From: Octopus bimaculoides
Lineage: Eukaryota
Direction: 5' to 3'
Assembly (NCBI RefSeq): GCF_001194135.2
Contig: NC_068983.1
Span: 144,971,410 to 145,006,680 of the forward strand
Length of the DNA: 35,271 bases
Position 1 is the first letter of the stretch; the number at the start of each line of letters is the position of its first letter. Made by a program: the position numbers and the translations under genes. The notes under the pieces were generated by a model that searched no databases, was not told where the DNA came from, and saw only the letters and a list, made by a program, of their open reading frames with translations. Positions 21,649-33,169 of the stretch are shown here, piece by piece.

Positions 21649-22109
21649 AGAGTGAGTGAGAGAGGGACAGAGAGAGAGCATGTTGGATAATATATGTTAT
21701 GTATATGTATGCAGATGTTCGAAAGTGCCAGTTTCTGCCTATGATATCTACTCATACTTCCATTCATGTTTAGAAAGTGATATTGTCTAGTCACGAAATT
21801 AATTGTTTGTTTCGTACTTATAAAATCTTTCGAAGAGTTGCAACTTTCTTTTCTTTTTAAATCACGTTTTATTAACTCCTATTTCACAGCTGTATTTTCT
21901 CATCGTAATATTATCTCAGATTTACCAGTTAACTTCTTTCTTATGTAAACAACTCTCATAGCTGTAGTGTTGTTTTTGTATCGTTAGTGTAATTAATATG
22001 ATTATTAAAACTGTGCAGATAGCCGAGACAGACAAGAGTAGGATTACCTTGTTAAACAATGTTTCATGTTCCATTTCCTCCCACTCAACACCCATCGTTT
22101 ATAATTCAC

Positions 22110-22301
22110 TTCTTTCATTCATTGGACTGCTGCCATGCTGCAGCCCCGTTTTCAAGTATGTAGTCAAATAACTTGACTCAAATACTTATTTTGTTCCAAG
22201 TCTAGTATCTATTCTATCGGTTTCTTTTTGGCGAACGGTACGGGAAAAGTAAAACCAGCACTGGTTGTCAAGTGTATGTCACATACACAAACATGCACAC
22301 A

Positions 22302-22374
<73 letters not shown>

Positions 22375-22400
22375 ACACACATACAAAAACACACATACAT
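22110..22400 (-). mobile_element. SINE family A tail half ending in an expanded (CA)n
   Basis: CATTGGACTGCTGCCATGCTG...TATTCTATCGGTTTCTTTTTGGCGAAC...GGTTGTCAAG, followed by (CA)n at 22292-22400. Confidence 0.6.
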
Positions 22401-22699
22401 ACACGCATATATATAGTGAGAATTTATAAAATAAACAAAAGACGAAGGCGGGTGTGTAAACAACAAACAGATGTATTAGTTTAACGATCGGGAAGTGAGA
22501 AAGCCTTTGGGGTCTGACTGATAAGTATCGGGATTGTGGCCATAATAATGAAGTTAAAACACGCAGTGTGAAACTGCTTGGCACAGATTGACCTTGAGCT
22601 CTGTTGTGCATGCGCACTATGTTTTAACGTTCTAGCTCATTTCCGCTGTTTACAGCAGTGCTTGAAAGGAAGGTGTATAGCATGTGATCGTAGCATTGA

Positions 22700-22990
22700 C
22701 CATGACAAAGAAAACTGTCATGGCGATACCTGCTCAGAGGCTTACGCGAAGTTGCAGAAAGTGCATAGAGAGGAATGTATGAGCCGCACTAAGTGTACGA
22801 GTAGTTCAGAAGTTTCCAGCATAGCCTAACAAATGTCGATATTGACGAACGTTCTCGGAGACCCGCAACCTACAGAACTGAGAAAAATATCGCAGATGTG
22901 CATGCAGCTGTGAGAGGAAATCGTTGAATCACCATCCGCGAGTTATCAGAAGATGTGCAGATCAGTTACGGTGCAGTTCAGCCATATCTC
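22700..22990 (+). mobile_element. Mariner transposase N-terminal (HTH) fragment, irritans-like
   Basis: EAYAKLQKVHREECMSRT / VYE*FRSF...DERSRRPATYRTEKNIADVHAAVRGNR*ITIRELSEDVQISYGAVQ, read across one frameshift. Confidence 0.75.
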
Positions 22991-23070
22991 TGCTCAACCT
23001 TCTCTGTAATGGTCAATGCGACGATTACACGATACACACTTTCCTTTCAAGAAATTTCTTCGAAGAAATG

Positions 23071-24225
23071 ATATTGCTAAGATTATAAAGCTGGAAAATT
23101 ACAGGACACGTTATTACACTTGGAAAAGTACAGGACAACTTATTACATCTGGTAAAGTATAGAACAAGAAATTTTTTACTTAAAATATTGAAGCTAAGGA
23201 TAAAATTTCAAATAAAATATTTAGATTTAGATAATGTTAGTTTTTATTAAAACTAAGAATTTTTTTACAATTTATTACTTCTATTTGTTATCATTTGTTA
23301 CTTCAATTAAAAATAACTCAAAATATTTTTTGCAGTTTAAAAAAATTCATTTTTTAAATTATTAATTAGAAATTTGAAAATAAGTTGCAAAAAATAATAG
23401 TAGTACATAATTAGTTACTGTTGTTGGCGCTCCGTCGCTTACGACGTCAAGGGTTCCAGTTGATCCGATCAGCGGAACAGCCTGCTCGTTAAATTAACGT
23501 GCAAGTGACTGAGCACTCTACAGACACGTGTACCCTTAACGTAGTTCTCGGGGATATTCAGCGTGACACAGTGTGACAAGGCTGACCCTTTGAATTACAG
23601 GCACAACAGAAACAGGAAAATAAGAGTGAAAGTTGTGGTGAAAAAAAGTACATCAGGGTTCGCGACCATCCCCCGCCGGAGCCTCGTAGAGCTTTAGGTC
23701 TTTTCGCTCAATAAACACTCACAACTCCCGGTCTGGGAATCGAAACCGCGATCCTATGACCGCGAGTCTGCTGCCCTAACCACTGGGTCGTTGCGCCTCC
23801 ACGATTAGTTACTGCAATAAATAGAATAATACAAAAATTAGTTATATGTTACAGTAAAATCCATCTATCACAAATTCACAGTAAACTTTGCTTAATGAAT
23901 TTGCTTATTATTCTACTTTGCATAAAACTTTAGCTATATTGGTATCACTGGTTCTCATTTATTATTCTAGTGTGTCAATATTTTAAGAAAATGATGGTAC
24001 CTTTTTTAATCATAATGTCAGTTTGTAAATTAAAATCAAATAAATTTTAATATTCAAATGTTATCCTTAGCTGCAATATTTTAAGTAAAGATTTTCTTGT
24101 TCTGTACTTTACCAGATGTAATAACTTGCTCTGTATTTTTCCAGGTTTATGATCTTAAGAATATTAAATCTCTTGCTTGCACTTTTCCATGTAATGCATG
24201 TTTTTTCCAGGTTATGCTATTATGC
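23071..24225. mobile_element. Foldback/MITE-like element with ~135-160-bp inverted arms and ~29-bp subrepeats
   Basis: 23071-23230 is the imperfect reverse complement of ~24030-24164 (e.g. TTATTACATCTGGTAAAGTATAGAACAAGAAA vs TTTCTTGTTCTGTACTTTACCAGATGTAATAA). The subrepeat is CTGGAAAA(G/T)TACAG...TTATTACA. Confidence 0.7.
23421..23803 (-). mobile_element. Full-length SINE family C with 11-bp target-site duplication
   Basis: TSD ATTAGTTACTG at 23410-23420 and 23804-23814. The tRNA-like head GTGGAGGCGCAACGACCCAGTGGTTAGGG...GTTTCGATTCCC is on the minus strand. Confidence 0.92.
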
Positions 24226-24383
24226 TAATTATAATGTGTCAAATGTGTCAATTAGCAGTGTCGTTGATATTTTTTTCCTTAGCTCAATGACGCCAGTTAC
24301 ATATATTAAAAGTCCCCTTATGAAATTATATTCATGAACAAGTATACAACTATATTATCACCCTCAAATTTGAGAAACAAACA

Positions 24384-24640
24384 CTCATAACTTTTTTCTT
24401 TTAAAACGTTATTGCATGAGATTGATACCATGAAATTCCTCGAATTGAGCTCTATCATTTAAGCTTACTTAAAATATAGTTTGTTTTTAAAAAATGAAAG
24501 TTAATTATACTTAAATCCAATTTTTTTCCTTGTTTATATTTTGTCATGATATTTTACCTCATAACTTTTTTGATACAAATTTTTGTTACATGGAAAAAAA
24601 CTATGAAATTCTTCATGCTTTTTTCTATCATTGAAGCTAA
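24384..24640. repeat. Two degenerate ~84-bp direct repeats (possible DNA-transposon subterminal repeats)
   Basis: CTCATAACTTTTTT...ATGAAATTC...CTATCATT.AAGCT at 24384-24467 and 24558-24640. Confidence 0.4.
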
Positions 24641-24894
24641 GATATATTTTGCTTTTAAAAAAAAAGTTATTTAGACCTAAACTTGATTAGTGGTCTTACT
24701 TACTTTCCTATGACGGTGCTACAAATTTTGATGTAAACTTCTACGGGATCAAATCTCAATTTTTCTATGCCAAAATGTAGCTAGGGACCAGTCCTCTTCA
24801 CAAACGTTAACAGTTTTCAATTTGGTTAAGAACTTAATTATGTGCTGCGTATGAATAAATTGCAAACTTAAGAATATTATTCAACTACTACCGT

Positions 24895-27415
24895 ATATAA
24901 CTTCGATACGTTTCGACCAAAGATTGGTCCAGGCCATGTTTAATTTAATAGCATCACCTCAAAGGATTAACGAAATCCGTTTAAGTCAAGTTTTGTGGTA
25001 TCGTGATCCATTCAAGTAGGGAGTTCTCATTGAATGAGTTGTATCCAGGTATAAGTGTTAAATAGGGCAAGGCCTGTTGATTAAAAGAAATTGTGTTGCA
25101 GTGTGTTTATATGTTGTGATCCTGAATTGGGTAGGGAACGTATGGCTCATGGTCCTCGCCTTGGATGACTTTTGAAGCTAATGTTAGGGTCGCTTGGGCA
25201 ATGCTGATGGCATATTCTCCACATCGTGCAAATGATGTATCGCTCATGGTGGCGCTGGAGAGAATAAAGTTTCAATGTTTAAAGCGGTCCCAATACTCGA
25301 AATCAGTCATGCCCTTAATTGTTTTAGTGAATGACCTCTGGGGTGATTCGATTTTCGAGATGTTTTGTTTTGTATGGGGAGACCACAGGGTCAATAGTAT
25401 ACGAGGTGTGGCCGTACAAATGAGGAGAAAAGAGGAATTATGACACCTTGTTCTCTGGACCGGAAGTTTCTTAGGATCCAAGAGCTTATCCTACGAGCTA
25501 TAACGACCTTATTGTTGATGTGGGTACTTCAGCTGAGTTTGTTATCAACAATTACTCCTAGGTCTCTGATGTTATTAGATGCTATGAGCGGTTCCCCTGA
25601 AGGAAGGGTGTATGGCTATTTTAGCAGAATATTTCTTCCAAAATGCATCAGCCCAAGTTTTCCCCTGTTTAGTTGCATTTTGTTTTTGTCTGCCCATTGA
25701 CTCACAGCATGTAGATCCGATCGGAGCTGAGTTCAGTTTTCTTCTTCATTGATAATTTTCTGGCGCTAAGAGTCATCAGCGAATATTTTCACTTTGCTGT
25801 GTTTTATGACGCTGGCGAGGTCGTTTATATAAACTATAAAGAGGGGTATGCCCAAGACAGTCCTCTGAAGGACGCCACTAGTGACTTTTGCTGGGCTTGA
25901 GTGGACTCCACCGATCACATCTGCTCTGTTCTCCAGAAAATACTATTCCAGTGAAGAGGTTTTACACGGATTCCAACATTTGACAATTTTGATAGTAGAA
26001 TGTTACAGTCAACTCTGCCGAACGCTTTACTAAAGTCAAGATATATGACATCAGAGCTCGAAGCTGATCCCAAGGCTTTAAGGATATCATTGATGTGATG
26101 TAAGAGCTGTGTTAGACAGTCCCTGCTGCAGCGAAAGCCATGCTGATTTGGATTTCACCACCCTCTCAAACACTTTAATGATATGGGAGATGGGTGAGAT
26201 TGGGCAACATTTGACTGCGAGGGATGTTTCCCTGTTTAAAACTCGGGATGCCAGACTGAGATAAGAGCTGTTTCGGTATATAACCTGCGTCTAAAGAATT
26301 TCTCCAGAAGTCGGTCAGAGGGACTGCAAGTTGGTGTCTCCATTCCTTCAGGAGACTAACGAAGAATCTATCAGGGCCTACAGCAGAACACTATTTGATC
26401 TCATTTATTGCTGCTATGATGTCTGAAGCAATAAAGGTTATGTCCGAGATTATATTTTGGGAATCGACTTCGTTCACATTCCTTACGTCAATAGAAGTGG
26501 GATCATTAAAGACAGAGCAGTATTGTTTCTGCAGTACTTTTGCTATTTCTTTAGCATCGTGCTGGAGAATGCCGCTATCATTGATCACTGGACCAACGGG
26601 TGAGACAGCAGCCCTATGTTTAGTTGTATATGAATAGAACACTTTTGGCTTCTGTTTGATTTTATTGATAACCCACTGTTCCTCTGCAGCTTTTTGATTT
26701 TCAATTCAGGTTTTCATTTTGGTCTGCAGATGAAGTTTTTCCAACTCCAGCCTTATCATTATTTTTGAATGTGGATGCTGCATGTGGGAGTATTTTGATT
26801 GGTTGATTTTTTTTAAAATTAAGTCTTTTGATGAGCCTGATGAATGTTCTTTTCTCTCTAGGGAGCCTGTTTCTGTTTGTGCTGGTGGATTTCATAGGAG
26901 CGTGTTTTGAGCATGTATAGGTGACAATATCCTCAAAGCGCTGCCATGTGATTTCAATATCAGTGGAACTGAGAGCGAAGGACCAATCGATAAAGAACAG
27001 ATACTTTCTGATTGCTCCCCACTCTACTTTGTGGAAGTTTATGTTGCTAAACAAGTGCAGTGGAGTGAGATTAGCTGGTTTGGTTTTGATATACCGGAAA
27101 TTAAAGTTACAGAGTATCATGTGGTCCGAGAGGAGGGTTTTTTCAGCTGAAATACTGTGGATGGAGCTAGAGTGGTTTGTTAATATTAGATCAAAGGTCG
27201 TTTTATTCTGTCTTGTTGGTTCGAGCACTAGCTGTGTCAGGAAAAATTCATGCATTAGATTGAAGAGTAATCCTGCCACTGATTTGTCTGGGGTAGTGCA
27301 GTTGTCTAACTTCAGAGTGTTTGTGGGCCAGTTTATATAAGGGAGGTTAAAATCACCCCAGATTTGTGTTTTTGAAGGAGAAGCTTGATTTTGTTGAGGC
27401 ATTCTTCAAAGCACT
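24895..27415 (-). mobile_element. CR1/Jockey-group LINE ORF2 pseudogene (APE endonuclease tail plus RT), 5'-truncated
   Basis: WGDFNLPYINW...EPTR...DLILTN...LSDH (APE); VIYLDFSKAF; KIFADD; RDLGVIVD; FVRPHL; IESPQRSFTK; C-terminal PGY...NSLLEW. It has many stops and frameshifts, and a 3' stem-loop GACCAA-AGA-TTGGTC at 24915-24929. Confidence 0.92.
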
Positions 27416-27540
27416 TTAGAGGTGCTTACAGGCAGTGAGTAAGAGAAAGAGAGAAGGTCAGGGTTAGACAGATATATATGCATACGTATATACAGACATA
27501 GACACTAACAGTTAGACACACAGTGAGGGAAAGAGAGGGA

Positions 27541-27600
27541 GATTGATTGATTGATTGATTGAGTGAGTGAGTGAGTGAGTGAGTGAGTGAGTGAGTAAGC
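27541..27600. repeat. (TGAT)n(TGAG)n compound microsatellite
   Basis: Direct reading. Confidence 0.95.
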
Positions 27601-27959
27601 GTGTAGGTGAGTGAGTTAGTGATAGATACCTGATGCCTGGTGTGCATTTGATTCGTACTAGCTTACACACACATATATATACACACACGCCTACTTTACT
27701 GTACGATAAATTTTCCTGAATAAATATAAAGTTAATAATGGAGTCCTTACAAATGTTTATATTTTACATTTAACCAGCCAATACTTCTGCAGTATTATTG
27801 AAATTATGTGGCAATTTAGCAATCACGCACGCACACACATATATATATACACTCACAAACACACACGCTTGCACACACATGTTCACATAGTGGCGAAGAC
27901 AGATAAAACATGCATACTTCTTTCTCTTTATCTGTCTATCTAAATCCCCTCTCAGTTTC

Positions 27960-27973
27960 TCTCACTCCCTTTC

Positions 27974-28036
<63 letters not shown>

Positions 28037-28195
28037 TAGATATTCCCTTCCAACTTTCTCTTACATATGCCACCTCGCACCCTCCTCGCACTCACCCTTT
28101 ATTTTACCCTATTCTTTGTTTCTCTATTTTTTCGTACACATTTAATCTTTCTTTCTCCCACCTCTAGCTTTTCATCTGTCTTGATTCATTTTCTC

Positions 28196-28245
<50 letters not shown>

Positions 28246-28299
28246 ACATATNNNNNNNNNNNNNNNNNNNNNNNNNNNNNNNNNNNNNNNNNNNNNNNN

Positions 28300-28351
<52 letters not shown>

Positions 28352-28686
28352 CATATATATGTATATATATATATATATATCTATATATATAGATATATAT
28401 GTATGTATATCTTTATATATATATAAGATGCATATGCATATATATGTATATATAAGATGCATATGCATATATATATATATACATTTGTCTATATGTATGC
28501 ATATTGTCACTTCCAACATTTAAATATCGTTCACATATTTTTACATCCAGCATCTTTCTTCATCTCAATATATCTATTTATCGATCTGTAAAAACACATA
28601 CATGCATACAGGTATTTCCGCATATGCGTATATGTGAATACATATATTCTCTATATGCATATATTTTGAGAGAGAACGCATATAGG

Positions 28687-28768
<82 letters not shown>

Positions 28769-28786
28769 AACACATACACACACACA
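27960..28786. repeat. Microsatellite-rich block: (CT)n 27960-28033, (TA)n complex 28195-28490, (CA)n 28690-28786
   Basis: Direct reading. Confidence 0.95.
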
Positions 28787-29174
28787 ATATTTACCCAGTT
28801 AACTAGGTTTTTATCGATCTACTGTATAATTATTTATCTTTCTCTAGCAATATATTTTTCTGTATTATTTAGATACGTAGCAATCGATATCTCCCTTTTT
28901 TCTCCCTCTTTCTATGTATGTACATATACGTATATAAATGAATTAAATATAAGGATAAAATCTATATAAGATTTTATCAAGTAGGCAGTGTGTAAAACCA
29001 ATTAAGGTAAAAAATTAATACTAAGTATATGATGTTTTAAATACATTATTACATTAAGGGCTGTCACTGTTAGTAAAGTTTGACTTTAGCGTCCCTTTCC
29101 AGCGTATGGCTTATAATAAGTTCTTAATATAATGATTATGTTATATAGATGTAGATGCATGAGTGCATGTGCGC

Positions 29175-29285
29175 GCAGGTGCGTGTGCGAGCGGGTGCGT
29201 GTGCAAGCAGTTGCGTGTGCGATCTGGTGCGTGTGCGTGCAGGTGCGTGTACGAGCGGGACGTGTGCGAGCGGGTGCACATGAGA
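29175..29285. repeat. GC-rich 16-bp minisatellite, ~7 units (consensus GCRGGTGCGTGTGCGA)
   Basis: Units start at 29175, 29191, 29207, 29223, 29239, 29255 (15 bp) and 29270. Confidence 0.9.
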
Positions 29286-29344
29286 CTTCCATGTGCATAT
29301 GTACATATGTACGCAATGTAATCAACTTTTGTACATTTCCCTTC

Positions 29345-29465
29345 AAAATTTCACCGACAAGGCACTGGCTAATGCAAAACTACAGTAGAAGACATTTGGC
29401 CAAAGTCTGACATACTATAAACGAAACCGGAATATGTGTGGATGACTCCTTAACTACACGGCTTT
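29345..29465 (-). mobile_element. Diverged SINE family A head/core
   Basis: CTACAGTAGAAGACATTTGGCCAAAG resembles CTATAGTAGAAGACACTTGC. Confidence 0.45.
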
Positions 29466-29485
29466 GGCTTTCTTTATACCTACTT

Positions 29486-29518
<33 letters not shown>

Positions 29519-29561
29519 TCGAAATTGCAGCACAAACATTGCAACACAAAATAAAGATAAC

Positions 29562-29772
29562 CCTTTCTGCTATAGAGACAAGGCCAGCAATTTTGTCGGA
29601 GTGGCAAGCCGGTTATAACGACTCCAGTGCTCAAATGGTACTTATTTCATCGATCCCGAATGGATGACAGGAAAATTTGACCTCGGCAGCATGTGAAATT
29701 AGAATGTAAATGTGGACTAAATGCTTAGCGGCATTTTGTCCCGTGTACCAACGATTCTGCTTGCCCGCCGCC

Positions 29773-29823
<51 letters not shown>

Positions 29824-30035
29824 GGTTCAAATTTTGGCACAAGACCGACAATTTCATGGGAGTGAGTAAGTTGATTACGTCGACCCTAATGTTCCACTGC
29901 TACTTACCTCATCGATCTCGAAAAGATGACAGGCAAAGTCGACCTCGGTGACTTGTGAACTGAGAATGTAAACACGGACAAAATACTGTAAGGCATTTTG
30001 TCCCACGTGCCAACGATTCGGCCAGCCTTAGTCAT

Positions 30036-30075
<40 letters not shown>

Positions 30076-30210
30076 TAATTTTTTTTATTGCCCACAGGGG
30101 GCTGGCTAAACATACAAGGCAAAAACAAGGACTGATATTTATTTATTCTATCCCGAAGGGATGAAAGCAAAGTCGACCTCAGCGGCATTTGAACTCAGAA
30201 CGTAACGGCA

Positions 30211-30249
<39 letters not shown>
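29562..30249 (-). mobile_element. Three SINE family D copies (29562-29774, 29823-30029, 30128-30210), each followed on + by (AAT)n (29775-29822, 30039-30074, 30211-30249)
   Basis: Same diagnostic boxes as 15528-16815, with long perfect AAT arrays between the copies. Confidence 0.88.
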
Positions 30250-30254
<5 letters not shown>

Positions 30255-30256
<2 letters not shown>

Positions 30257-30577
30257 ACTTTCAAAATACAAAGACCTGGAAATAGAGATAACTCGAATGT
30301 GGAATCTAAAAACAGAAACAATTCCTATCATAGTAGGTAGGTGCCTTAGGTATAATAAAAAAATATTCAGACAAATACATAACAAAAACACCAGGACTTA
30401 CAAATATATATAACATACAGAAAATTGCACTACTGGGTACTGCACACATTCTACGCAAAACACTTTCAATACAGTAAACATAAGAGCACCACGGCAAACC
30501 ACAGCACATACCCAAGGCGCACAGAGCTGCGCTCGGTAGTGAAGTGAAAGCACGTTATAAAAATAAAACTACTGAAC
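30255..30577 (+). mobile_element. 5'-truncated R4/Dong-like LINE (copy A) with 3' UTR, bracketed by (AAT)n
   Basis: KLSKYKDLEIEITRMWNLKTETIPIIVG/ALGIIKK...IQKIALLGTAHILRKTLSIQ* with the stop at 30475-77 and a 4-bp duplication causing a frameshift. (AAT)n lies on both sides (30211-30249, 30578-30589). Confidence 0.88.
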
Positions 30578-30591
30578 AATAATAATAATAA

Positions 30592-31030
30592 ACTGTCCCA
30601 ATCGACATAAACGTATCTGTCAAGACCTACCAAAAACTGAGCAAGTATAAAGATCTTGAAATAGAAATTGGCAAAATGTGGAACATCAAAACTAAAACAA
30701 TACCTGTTGTCATAGGTGCCCTAGGAATTATAGCATAAGGAGCTGGTTGCTACCTAGCTCAGATACCAGGGTATCTAAAAATGGAAGAAATTTAAAATAT
30801 AGTGCTCATTGGAACTGCTCACATCCTACATAAAATATTGTCTATGTAATCGCCAAAACATTTTATTCTGTAAACAGTGTTACAATACTTTTAAATGTAT
30901 ATAATAGCAACCATTTTTTACTCTCATATTAACATCACACTGTCATTTTAAAACAAATTACATTTAAAACAAACTTTTATTTTACTTATGTTTTCACAGA
31001 AAGTCTCTGGAAGAATAGATTGTACAAAAT
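30592..31030 (+). mobile_element. 5'-truncated R4/Dong-like LINE (copy B, different subfamily)
   Basis: TVPIDINVSVKTYQKLSKYKDLEIEIGKMWNIKTKTIPVVIGALGIIA*...I*NIVLIGTAHILHKILSM* with the stop at 30847-49. The 3' UTR extent is approximate. Confidence 0.85.
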
Positions 31031-31036
31031 CAAATA

Positions 31037-31155
31037 CAGGGTGTCCCAAAAAGATGTACTCACACTTTGACAGACGATTACTAATGTAGTTTTTTTTAAT
31101 ATATTTCAGTCGCAACCAACCCTTCACAATGGCAAATGCACAACTAACATTTGAA
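31037..31155 (+). mobile_element. Tc1/mariner-type 5' end (TIR plus transposase start)
   Basis: TA|CAGGGTGTCCCAAAAAGATG terminus, and an ATG at 31129 giving MANAQLTFE before the sequence switches into a SINE. Confidence 0.55.
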
Positions 31156-31232
31156 CTCAGAAAGTAAAGACGGACGAAATGCCGCTAATAATTTTGTCCG
31201 GCGTGCTAATGATTCTGTCACCTCGCCGCCTT
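31149..31232 (-). mobile_element. SINE family D head fragment
   Basis: ATTTGAACTCAGAAAGTAAAGACGGACGAAATGCCGCT...CTCGCCGCCTT. Confidence 0.8.
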
Positions 31233-31934
31233 AGCCAAAATAAAGATAATACATTGTTAAATATCTTTTACCTTTTTTTTTTAATCATTCAATTTGAAAT
31301 AAAGAATATGGGTGTGTTTCACTTTTTGTTTTCCTTTTCTTATTCGTCGATGTCAGAGGTTTACCAGAACGAAGACGAGTGACGATACAATGCGTAAATG
31401 GATCTATATGAAAATGTTTTTGCTCTTCGACATCGTTTACAGACTTCTATAGCACTTCGGGATAAATTGTCTTTGCTGAAATCTTATTGTGGCTCCCTTC
31501 ATTATTTACAAAGGGTTAAATCTAAAAAGAAACAAGATTTCAGTTATTAGTAGTTAATTTTTGTATACATTTTGGTGGTGTGGACACTCTGTGTATATGT
31601 TATTCGTGATTGATCGCATATACACAAATACTTCTCACCTTACCTTAACATTCCAGACAATATCATTTAATCTTAACACGTATACAACCTTTAGTTATAG
31701 TATCTTACCAATCCGCCTACCTATTGTTATAATTTTTATCAGTTGCTCTTCTGTGATGTCGAAAAAAGTAAGATGAAAAAATTGTTGTTTGAATTTTTAC
31801 TGTATTTTTAACTGAACATCTGCAGCAGTTCTGAAAAAGTATGATAATGTTTATGGTAACATTAGCTATTGTGTAGTTTCTTTGATAACGTTGTTATTAT
31901 TAATGGAAATTTGTTGTTTGTATGATCCTAAGTT

Positions 31935-31969
31935 CGTACACACACACTAACACACACACACACATACAC

Positions 31970-32061
<92 letters not shown>

Positions 32062-32215
32062 TCTTTATATATGTAATAATGCATTTATGAATATATACAG
32101 TATGCATACATAGCTACACACACACACACTTGTATGTATATACAGATGAAAACATGCACACATAACATACATACATACATACATACATACAAACATACAT
32201 ACATATATATGTGTG
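31935..32215. repeat. (CA)n(GATA)n and (CATA)n microsatellites
   Basis: Direct reading. Confidence 0.95.
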
Positions 32216-33169
32216 TGTGTGAGTGTATTATATTACAGGTAGACATACATATATATCATATATATGTTTTGTATTTTTATATTCTATATATAAGTATATC
32301 TATACACTAGGTTATGAGGCACGTACGCACTACAAAGCTTAGTGTCTAAGCTTTGATAAATACCTATCTCAGATTAATCATGGTCTTTGGCTCTTGACTA
32401 TAATTAGTCTTAGCTAGGTATTTATCACCAAACTTGTTCAACAGATACTCATAAAATTATGATGTATTTACTGTTGCGTCACAAGTCTATAGTGAGAAAG
32501 ATTGGAGTTATATAATTGATCTTTTATGTATAATATAAAGAAAATATAGTTCAGTTTGCTTGATAGAAATAGAAAGTTTTCTGCCACAAAATCCTTTGTT
32601 ACAACTACATCATTTATTATGTGGCGTAAAATTACTTAATCCCTAGACGACCAGCAATGCCATGAGTTGGATGAGAAGATGTCTAAATAGTCAGATCTAG
32701 CGAAAGACGGATACTTTTATGCTCAGCCGGATAGACCTGTCCTACGTAAAATAAAAACTACCTCTAAAAGCTAATGAAGTTATGTTGTGCATACTGCCAT
32801 TTGCAGTGGGGGTAAGCATACAGCAGCACCCAGTTTGGTACCCCGATCCTGCTGAGTGTCTTTAGTAGAATCTCCTTTGTTGTATGTATCTGAATCAGGC
32901 TCTAATCAGAGGATTATCTTCACATCATGTCGCACCGATATCTTCTATAGGTCCCTAGATGCTAAAAACTAAAATAAAAACTCAGGATATATTTTCTCTC
33001 TTTTTTCTCAAAAATCCATGGTCCCTCATCCAAACTACACACTACACATTATCTCTTACTAACAGGTAAACTTTATATCCTATTATCCTATGGCACCGCT
33101 GTACAAAACTAATCTTTCTCAATTCTTAAGTTCTACTTCTGTTAACTTACACAGTACACACAGACAATC

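Noticed and set aside
22048-22095. Minus-strand frame MGVEWEEMEHETLFNK ending at a good donor AAG|GTAATC
   Set aside because: There is no acceptor or promoter evidence upstream, where a SINE tail abuts, so it is unsupported without RNA data.
24895-24935. Half-hammerhead on the minus strand (stem-loop followed by GAAACGUA)
   Set aside because: There is no CUGANGA and no stem I pairing. It is better explained as the CR1-type 3' terminal stem-loop.
25165-27340. Plus-strand ORFs (25165, 25440, 26395, 26921)
   Set aside because: They are antisense to the CR1-like ORF2.
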